Source of the DNA: Octopus bimaculoides
Taxonomy: Eukaryota
Direction of reading: 5' to 3'
NCBI RefSeq assembly: GCF_001194135.2
Contig: NC_068996.1
Location: 50,449,187-50,513,186, forward strand
Length of the DNA: 64,000 bases
A program made the translations under genes and the position numbers. The notes beneath the pieces are model-generated. The model searched no databases and had not been told where the DNA came from. It saw only the letters and a list, made by a program, of their open reading frames with translations. This document shows, in pieces, positions 13,224-22,119 of the stretch (positions within the stretch are counted from its first letter, which is position 1; each line of letters starts with the position of its first letter).

Positions 13224-14131
13224 NNNNNNNNNNNNNNNNNNNNNNNNNNNNNNNNNNNNNNNNNNNNNNNNNNNNNNNNNNNNNNNNNNNNNNNNNNNNN
13301 NNNNNNNNNNNNNNNNNNNNNNNNNNNNNNNNNNNNNNNNNNNNNNNNNNNNNNNNNNNNNNNNNNNNNNNNNNNNNNNNNNNNNNNNNNNNNNNNNNNN
13401 NNNNNNNNNNNNNNNNNNNNNNNNNNNNNNNNNNNNNNNNNNNNNNNNNNNNNNNNNNNNNNNNNNNNNNNNNNNNNNNNNNNNNNNNNNNNNNNNNNNN
13501 NNNNNNNNNNNNNNNNNNNNNNNNNNNNNNNNNNNNNNNNNNNNNNNNNNNNNNNNNNNNNNNNNNNNNNNNNNNNNNNNNNNNNNNNNNNNNNNNNNNN
13601 NNNNNNNNNNNNNNNNNNNNNNNNNNNNNNNNNNNNNNNNNNNNNNNNNNNNNNNNNNNNNNNNNNNNNNNNNNNNNNNNNNNNNNNNNNNNNNNNNNNN
13701 NNNNNNNNNNNNNNNNNNNNNNNNNNNNNNNNNNNNNNNNNNNNNNNNNNNNNNNNNNNNNNNNNNNNNNNNNNNNNNNNNNNNNNNNNNNNNNNNNNNN
13801 NNNNNNNNNNNNNNNNNNNNNNNNNNNNNNNNNNNNNNNNNNNNNNNNNNNNNNNNNNNNNNNNNNNNNNNNNNNNNNNNNNNNNNNNNNNNNNNNNNNN
13901 NNNNNNNNNNNNNNNNNNNNNNNNNNNNNNNNNNNNNNNNNNNNNNNNNNNNNNNNNNNNNNNNNNNNNNNNNNNNNNNNNNNNNNNNNNNNNNNNNNNN
14001 NNNNNNNNNNNNNNNNNNNNNNNNNNNNNNNNNNNNNNNNNNNNNNNNNNNNNNNNNNNNNNNNNNNNNNNNNNNNNNNNNNNNNNNNNNNNNNNNNNNN
14101 NNNNNNNNNNNNNNNNNNNNNNNNNNNNNNN
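13224..14131. other. Assembly gap; others at 7823-7832, 39048-39057, 41419-41832, 47321-47330 and 63901-63938
   Basis: Runs of N. Confidence 1.
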
Positions 14132-14689
14132 ATAAATACACATTCTGATTTTTAAAAAAATAATTAATTAATATAATTAAAATACATCTCTGTGGTTAAA
14201 TAAATTTGGAATGGTTTGGTTATTTTAGCCACTACTCTTGACTCTTGTCTGAGTATTTGTCCTTCAGACAACAAAATGGAATTTTAAAAAAGCAATACAC
14301 AATGCTGTCACAATTATATTTCCAGATTCATCTATTTCTGGTTGGCTGCTTTGTTTAAATATATTTTAAAGCTCTAATCTAGAATTTTCTAAAAGAGAAA
14401 GAGAGTGAAGTATAGAAGAAGGGAAAGCAGTTGTTCTTATTGAATTTCAGAATCTGGAGTGTTTTGCAAGATCCAACAAGAAAGTGGTTAAAAGGTTTTA
14501 GCAATGCTTTGAGATCATCTTTAACATATATACAATCAAATTCATATTGAATTCTCATAGGTGGAATTTCAAAAAAATATACAGGTATGTTGATTTTTTT
14601 TGAGGACTTTTTTGTGAAGTATAGTTCTGTTATCTTTTGGAACTTTGAATTTTCCTTCACATATTTCCTAATGTTTCCTTTTTTCAAGC

Positions 14690-15300
14690 GTTTTGGTGAG
14701 AACTTCTTTATGAAGCATAGCTCCATTGTTTCTCAGAAGTTCAGGTCATTCCTTGTGCATTTGTAGAAGGGGAAGGTTTTGAATTTTTCTTCTTCACATA
14801 TCTCTAAATGTTTGCTCAGTGGAATTTTCCATAGCTCCTCTTTTGTAGGAAGTGCTGTCTGTAGATTCTTGTGTGTTGACAAAGGGAATTATTGGTTTCG
14901 CCAATATAATTCCTCTTGCATTTGGGGCAAGTAATGCAGTATATGGGGTTTTGTATCTTGCAGTTCATATTTGCATTTACTTTGAATAAAAATCATCATC
15001 ATCATCATCATCATCATCCTCATCATCATTTAACGTCCGCTTTCCATGCTAGCATGGGTTGGACGATTTGACTGAGGACTGGTGGACCAGGAGGTGACAC
15101 CAGGCTCCAATCTCACTCTTAAATTTGATGTGGGTGTCCCTCGTCTATATTGTTATTGTTGTTGTTGCATATTCCACATCTGCTGTCTCCAGATTCCTTT
15201 ATGGAGAATTTTGTTTCATTCTCTGATGGGAATTTTGCTCTTGTAAGTTGTTTTTTTTCCCCTTCTTTCTTCTCCCTTGCTTGGCAAACCCCACAAATCT
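14690..15300 (-). mobile_element. Penelope-like element GIY-YIG endonuclease remnant, interrupted by an RTE 3' end (14995-15112)
   Basis: Minus strand: SGDSRCGIC ... FKVNANMNCKIQNPIYCITCPKCKRNYIGET ... LSKHLEIC...FPFY...MELCFIKKFSP. Confidence 0.8.
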
Positions 15301-15444
15301 TTTATATATAAAAAGGCCAAGAAATCTAGCTTTAAACCACTTTTTGATAAATTTGATAACAGAAGAAAGCACTATTATTTTAAATATACAATATCTGCAC
15401 ATCACTTGAAAAACTCTCTGTCTCTGTCAGTCTGTCTGTTTGTC

Positions 15445-15518
<74 letters not shown>

Positions 15519-15648
15519 GGGCATCCAGCTGTAGAAACTCTGCCAAATCAGACTGGAGCCTGGTGTTGCCATCCGGTTTCACCAGTCCTCAGTCAAATCG
15601 TCCAACCCATGCTAGCATGGAAAGCGGACGTTAAACGATGATGATGAT
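15519..15648 (+). mobile_element. RTE-type LINE 3' end, inverted relative to the copy at 14995-15112
   Basis: GGCATCCAGCTGTAGAAAC...GGACGTTAAACGATGATG. Confidence 0.8.
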
Positions 15649-15679
15649 ATATATATATATAAACACACACACACACACT

Positions 15680-16345
15680 TTTTCCAACTAAATTTTCAAC
15701 AAATACACTTCAGATAGTGTAGATTCCAATTATATCTGAAGTCGTTGTGTAAAAACTTTTCTGTGGGAGGGAGTTTCGCAAAATTCCCACGAGGTAGTTT
15801 CGTTTTCTGATAATCTTTACAAAAATTGGGATTTTTAATGAAATTTTCTACAAATACTTTTCAGAGTGTGTAAACTACGATTATATCGAAATTTGATGTG
15901 AAAAGGAAAATAGTGAGCACACACACATTACATATTGACATGTATTACAATTTATTTTTCGAAATTTCTACTTTCGTTTTGTAGACATATGTGACGACGT
16001 GTGTCGGTAAGCATGTGTATGAGTCTACCAAGTTTATTTTTTCATATTAAATTCCGATATAATCATAATCTACACACAGTAAAAGGTATTTATAGAAAAT
16101 TTCGTATAAAAGTATTCGTTTTTCTGAACGTTATGAGGAAACAAAACAGACTTGTGTGAATTTTTCGAAATTCCTCACTTTTTCAACACATATTCCGATA
16201 AAATGAGAATCTATACCATCTGAAGCATATTTGTAGAAAATTTCATTAAAATATATCCATTTTTCTGAAAGTTATGAGGCAAGAAAGTCATGAGGGGAGG
16301 CAGCACATATCTGTAGGAACGTCAGCATTTGTACCCTCCAAAGAC
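15680..16345. mobile_element. Unclassified modular repeat with internal inverted modules; related copy at about 22540-22900
   Basis: 15831-15907 is the reverse complement of about 16174-16255 (TTTTAATGAAATTTTCTACAAATA..TTCAGA). Both copies end in GGGG(A/C)GGCA..CAC...TGTAGGAA. Confidence 0.55.
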
Positions 16346-17423
16346 ACCCCTTTTATTTATTTATTTATTTATTTTTATTTTTTTGTTCTACACACACCCA
16401 CGTTTTCGGCTACGGAGAATACGAATCTGCAAAAAAATTGGCAAAAATCGGTATTTTGAAATTACCCCTACCCCGCTAAATTCTTCATTTTAAACTTTTT
16501 TTCAGAATTTTTTTCTTTCAAAACATGCGTAAAAAATACGAAGATTATGATTCTGAAAAAAAATTTCAAAAAATTTTTGTAAAAAATTTTTTTTTTGGTC
16601 AAAATATGCGGAACGCATACACACACACACACACACACACATACGTGTGTGTGTGGATATATATGTATATTTGTGCGTACATATATATATATCCTTTTTT
16701 TTTTTTTTAGGAAAATATAAATCCAGAGAAGCATACTCTAAGAAGTACAGCACTCTACATTTATTACTGGTGAAGGCCAGTTTAAAGGGTTACCTTTATC
16801 TCAGGGTTTGATGATACGTTATAAAGGTACCCTTTATGGCGAGAAACACAAGGTAACCCTAAAAACCGGTCTTCACCAGTAATATATATATATATATATA
16901 TAGTTCTATTCTTCTGGTTTGCATCACCATATATATATATATATGGTGTAATGGTGTATATAATATATATATGGTGATGCAAGCCGGAAAAATAGAACTC
17001 AAAACACAAATGTATGTATATTTTTTATTAATATTTAGCAGAAGCTGCTCAAGGGCTGAGAGTTTTTGTGCATTATCAAAGGCGATCCGCCTGAAGGCTC
17101 TCTAACGAGACGTCTGTACAGCTAAGCGCCTTGTAGGTGCGAAACCGATGGTTATTTACCGATTCATAACAAACAACCTTATTATTATATGTGTATGTGC
17201 GTGTGTGTGTCTCTGTTCGATTAAACCTTTCAAAGCGTTGCCCCAGCATGACCGCAGCCCAATGCCTGGAACAAGTGAAAGATGAATGAAATATACATAT
17301 ATAGACATATAGACGATCTATCTTTCTATCTATCTATATAAGTATTTTGTGCAGAAACACAAATGAGAATAGGCAGTTTGCTGAAACGACATTTAAAGTT
17401 ATTTCGCTCTTTTCATCAGCTCC

Positions 17424-17514
17424 GATCACCACCTGATCACGTGATCCGCAGCTGATTCCTTAATTCTCTCTTGCAGCAAGAAGGATAAAGAAACAGAGAG
17501 TGTGACCGGTGAGT
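17424..17514 (+). promoter_or_regulatory. Putative BCKDK promoter: E-box cluster, pyrimidine-rich start region and short non-coding exon ending at 17508
   Basis: CACCTG (17430), palindrome GATCACGTGATC (17435-17446) and CAGCTG (17449). These are followed by TTCCTTAATTCTCTCTT and a consensus donor CCG|GTGAGT at 17509. The region is CpG-rich and about 1.1 kb upstream of the ATG. Confidence 0.5.
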
Positions 17515-18450
17515 GGAGGAAGAAGACGCCTGGTTCGACAGCGGATAAAGTGTTGGAGTGCAGAGAGGGGGAGAAAAGGGGTGGTGGTAAAAAGAACTGC
17601 TGAGAGAGGGGGGGTAAAAGAACTGATGAGAGAGGGGGGAGAGAGATAGCGTGAGAGGGAAAGAGAGAGAGAAGGAGTGTAAAACTGAGTGTGAGGGAAT
17701 TAAAGAGAGTGAGAGAGAAACAGAGAGAGAGAGAGAAAACCTCAAACTGCAAAAATAAAAAGTGAATGAAAAACTAAAATTTATATACATATACACATAT
17801 ATATATATACACATATATATAATATATACTCACACACACACACGCATGTATACATACATATATATATATATGTAAATGTACACATGTATATATGCATATG
17901 CAATCACACACTTAACACTGTGCGCTGGAAACTTATTGAGTTCTGAAGTAATCTTTATCGGGACGTATTGATATTGAGGAAGGAAAAAAGTACGTTTATT
18001 GCTCCAGTGTTTGTATCAGAAAGGAAAAGAAGAAAAAAATTCTAAAAAAAAAAGGAAAAAGAAAAAAAAAATTCTGAATTGAGATATTCAGTTTTTGGTG
18101 AAGCAGCAACATTTGAATACTGCATGTATTTTGCGGGAATCTTTTAAATAATTCAGTGTGTGTTTATAAATAGATGTGACTATGTGCGAGTCTTGATTAT
18201 TTTAATCGCCATTCCATGCAAGTTAGGAGCTGCCTTCTTTGGTCAGCACTGAGAAGAAAAAAAGAAAAAGACTAAGGTGAAAGAAGCCCAGAAACATTAC
18301 ATAAGAAGAACAGTAAAGAAAAGGGACCAGGAGGAACGAAATACGAAATAACAACGATTAGCACCGACTGTCTTTCGTTTCGGATTGTAAATTGAGTTTA
18401 TTGTTTAATTTTGTTCTTTTATGTATATACATATATATACAAGGCAGTTG

Positions 18451-18522
18451 ATGTGTTGGAGCAATCATACAGAAACACCAAAGATGAATCCGTCGCGAAA
18501 TATCCCTAGATATTGGTCATAG
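18451..18522 (+). other. Candidate upstream ORF (23 aa, MCWSNHTETPKMNPSRNIPRYWS*), in frame with BCKDK
   Basis: ATGs at 18451 and 18484, with TAG TAG at 18520-18525. It is real only if the mRNA includes this stretch (AG candidates at 18442-43 and 18446-47). Confidence 0.4.
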
Positions 18523-18579
18523 TAGTTGTGGTACTTGGTGGTTTGTTGGAGGATTTTAACGACCACTGTCCTCTGCAGC

Positions 18580-18774
18580 ATGAGGGTCATATCTCAGGGA
18601 CTACCACAAAGGGACATATTATCCAGGACTAGCATTGTCCTAAAAAATGTCATCGGTACTCAAGGAAAAGCTTTCTCGGATGAAGCCTATTACCAAGCTC
18701 CAGAAATTCGCGAAAGGTCACGATCTGTTGCACATTTCTACAACCAGAGTGCCATAGACAAGGCTGTAAATAAG
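18580..18774 (+). CDS. BCKDK: BCKDK coding exon 1 (mitochondrial presequence plus conserved N-terminus), 65 aa, ends phase 0
   Basis: Translates MRVISQG...PEIRERSRSVAHFYNQSAIDKAVNK, matching human BCKDK ARERSKTVTSFYNQSAIDAAAEK (recalled). Donor AAG|GTAAAT at 18775. The start ATG at 18580 is inferred: it is the first ATG after in-frame TAG TAG. Confidence 0.9.
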
Positions 18775-19036
18775 GTAAATATCTAGTCTCGTATCTGTCT
18801 TACCTTTTTTTTCTTTATATGTATTCCTCATTGTTTATTTAAATGTTTACAGTTGAAATGATTATCAAAAATAATTTGGTTTTTATCTTGAGCGCTTTTT
18901 CTTTTTCTGTCCTTACTTTCAGTGCTTTAAAGTATAAATTCAATGTTTGTCCAGTAAGTTTACGGTAAAGATAGTTTATAAAATAGCTTTGTAATGATTT
19001 CAAACATTTTATTAATTTATAACATATATATGTATG

Positions 19037-19071
<35 letters not shown>

Positions 19072-19115
19072 CTTATATATGTGTATGTATATATATATAT
19101 GTATATATATAAAAG

Positions 19116-19146
<31 letters not shown>

Positions 19147-20984
19147 GTATATATATAAAAGTGTATATATATATATATATATATATGTGTATATATATAT
19201 ATACATATAAGTCTTATATATGTGTATATATAATAGTTCATGTATAAAAGTACACGTATAATTACATGAATGGAACATGCATATATAATTACGTTAATAG
19301 TGCATTATATCATGTTTCAGCAATTTTCCTTTATGATTTTGATTCTTTGCCACATTTTTATATTTACTTTGCTTCTGAAGTTGAAATGGTTCATATAAAA
19401 ATAACCCTAAACCATTCTTTCATTCTCTCTCTCTCAAATCTGGTTTCGTTTTCACTGATTTAAATCTTTTCTAATAATTATACCCCAACAACTAATTTCA
19501 TTGACTGCGTATTTTATTTCAAACGAATTTTGAATAAATTTAACACAAATTTTTAGTTGAAACCAAGAATTAGTTGGCGCTGCTTAATACATTAAAAAAA
19601 AAATTCTATTTACATTTTTCCCTAATTAGACATAACGTACCCCCCAAAACACTCTGAGCCCATTGTTGAGAATAAAGACAATGTATATATTTATTTCCTA
19701 CAATATATTGTTTAGCATTGTTTTGTGTATGTATATATATGTATATGTGTGTATGTATGTATAAACTGGCTGGGAAGTCTACGCTTTTATAACACGTGTG
19801 GGAATATATTGCAATGATATGGAATTGGAATAGAATTTTTTTCTCTTTTAGTTTCATATTGAAAAATTTAATGAAGTTATTTTATAAAAGTTGCTGCGGT
19901 GTAAGGACTAGAAGTTTCGACTTTTTTAATGCGAAATATGACAATATCCATCATAGACCATAATATTTTTTTATGAGACATCGAGGCAAATTTTCATGGG
20001 AAAACAGGCAAAGTTAATTATAAACCATCCCTCTCTAAACTAATTCTTAATTTGGTTTGTTCGTTTTAGATGTTTACAGTATTTTTGTTTTCATAAACCT
20101 CTTTTACACAATTGTTTGTTTTAATAAACTATTTTTTCTACATACAACAGAAGGGAAATGAGATTGTGTGACGTTCATTCTTTTTCAAGGACAATAACAA
20201 CGTGACTGACGCAAAATTTGTGCAGCTGAGTATCGAAACTAACACCGTAGATTCGGCCTACTTGAATTTACCACACTTTTGTGTTTTTAATCCAAAGATG
20301 CCATTATATTACATTATACCGAAATAAAAATACATTTTTCTTTTCTCATTTGAGTAATCTTAGAATAGCTCGTCGTCATTCTTTTTCAAAGTTTTGTCTT
20401 TTTCATCTGCTATTGATTTTAATTTTGAAATAGATATTTATTAACAATGTTCATCTATGTTTAATGCCATCTTAGTAGAGGTCTCGTTGGGTTGTATGTA
20501 TTTGGAATATTTAAACCTTACAAGGCTGCACATGCTTTTGTAGTGATTAATTACTGTACTAATTGGGTTGGATTAATTAAACTGGATGGCTTTGGTTTAG
20601 CTGCCGTGATTATCACATGTTGACTTTTATGGAGAAAGCACTTTAGAAATGTCAGTAACATTTTCATTATATATCTTCTTCTATTGGGGGTTATCCGGTG
20701 AACATTTTCGATATTTTACGCAAGCCGCCTCTAAATCAGTCGTGCGTGGGTCTGCATTGAGATAGTTATGTAGACGACTAGAACAGAATAGAAGTCAATT
20801 CTATTTTAGGAGGGAGTTATGTAGCCATCCGTCCAGTAATTGCTACCTTTCTTCTATATCAGAAAATAAAAGCGAATTAAACTTGCTAAAGAATTTGCTT
20901 TCAGAACGTAAATGGACGTAATTCTAAACATCTCAAGTCATTATCGAAGGCTCTACTGATTTCATACATATGTGTATACACGTC

Positions 20985-21030
<46 letters not shown>

Positions 21031-21577
21031 GCTTGTTGTAGAAGCTTTATTTTTTTTTTTACCTTTCTTTAAAGTCGGTAAAACGTTACTATTACGTAAC
21101 TTACTAAAAAGAACGTACACCATCATTTAATAAAAAAAAATTTAACAGGTAGTTTGATGGAGAGTATAGAGTTGTCTCGTGTAGAGGTTGCCGGTTCTGT
21201 CTGACATGCAGATTGATCGGTGTCAGAATGCACTCACACACATATTCAGACACTCATTCACACACGTGTACAAAAACGTGCAGACCGGCACAGATTGTGC
21301 GATGTGGGGGAGTTCACCTTTCGGTTTAGTACAATACTCTTCTCGGTTGAAAGACGATTATTAGGCGAAGGAACACGTATATAAATGTATGTGTGTGTGT
21401 ATAATGTGTATATGCGTTTGAGTGTATGGAAGTGCGGGGATTAGTGGTTAAAGTGTTGGACTCCAGGTAATAAGCTTAGCTGTCAAGAATAGCTAATTCT
21501 GCGACGGACCGGCTTCTTGACCATGGAGGGAGTATACAATCGCCAACCATACATACATATATGTTTGTTATTATTAC

Positions 21578-21865
21578 GATAGCGAGCTGGCAGAATCGTT
21601 AGCACGCCGGGCAAAATGCTTAGTGGCATTTCGTCCGTCCTTATGTTCGAGTTCAAATTCCGCCGGGGTCGACTTTGCCTTTCATCCTTTCAGGGTTGAT
21701 AAATTAAGGGCGAAGGTAAAGAATACACACACCACACGTTTTTGGCGTAATAAAAACCCTAAACATCGGGTGTACGTGTTCTTACACTGGGCTCGATGTA
21801 ATCAATTAGTCCCCCCCCCCTAATTTCACTCCTTGTGCCTTTAGTAGAAAGGATTATTATTATTT
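21578..21865 (+). mobile_element. tRNA-derived SINE (family B) with (ATT)n tail
   Basis: GCGAGCTGGCAGAATCGTTAGC (A-box-like) ... GAGTTCAAATTCC (B-box-like) ... GTAGAAAGGATTATTATT. Carries an about 75-bp foreign insert near 21710-21785. Confidence 0.8.
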
Positions 21866-21894
21866 ATAATAAACATACATATATATGTATGGTT

Positions 21895-22119
21895 GGTACT
21901 ACTAAAGCAGCGCGGACCCGAACGCGCAGTCGCGCGTCCGCGCTAGCTAGTCTTGAGTGGTCGACCCTAACCCTATCCCTAACCCTGTCCCTAACCCTAA
22001 CCCTATTCCTAACCCGCGTGTGCAAATGAATACGTGTTTAGGGTTAGGGTCGACCACTCACGACTAGCTAGCGCGGACGCGCGACTGCGCGTTCGGGTCC
22101 GCGCTGCTTTAGTAGTACC
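21895..22119. mobile_element. Merlin-type MITE, 225 bp, with internal telomeric hexamers
   Basis: 81-bp TIRs with one mismatch (21895-21975 / 22039-22119), ends GGTAC...GTACC (fits GGNRM), perfect 9-bp TSD TGTATGGTT (21886-94, 22120-28). Mutator also makes 9-bp TSDs, so the superfamily call is not certain. Confidence 0.85.

Noticed and set aside
13075-14148. Long ORFs of 300+ aa (also 41302-41881)
   Set aside because: Artefacts of N runs.
17090-17165. GCGCCT-TGT-AGGTGC-GAAACC-GAT-GGTT, hammerhead-like
   Set aside because: Stems II and III look plausible, but the CUGANGA core is missing (CTAAG) and stem I is not convincing; at best a decayed relic.
17401-17430. Minus-strand CTGATGA-AAAGAGC-GAAA, hammerhead-like
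   Set aside because: The seven bases between the core halves cannot form stem II.
17426-17814. Minus-strand ORFs suggesting a divergent gene
   Set aside because: Low-complexity translations of GA-rich sequence; no homology or downstream exons found.
21189-21290. Short hairpins (TCTGACA/TGTCAGA; TGCCGG/CCGGCA) suggesting a pre-miRNA
   Set aside because: The stems are too short and discontinuous.
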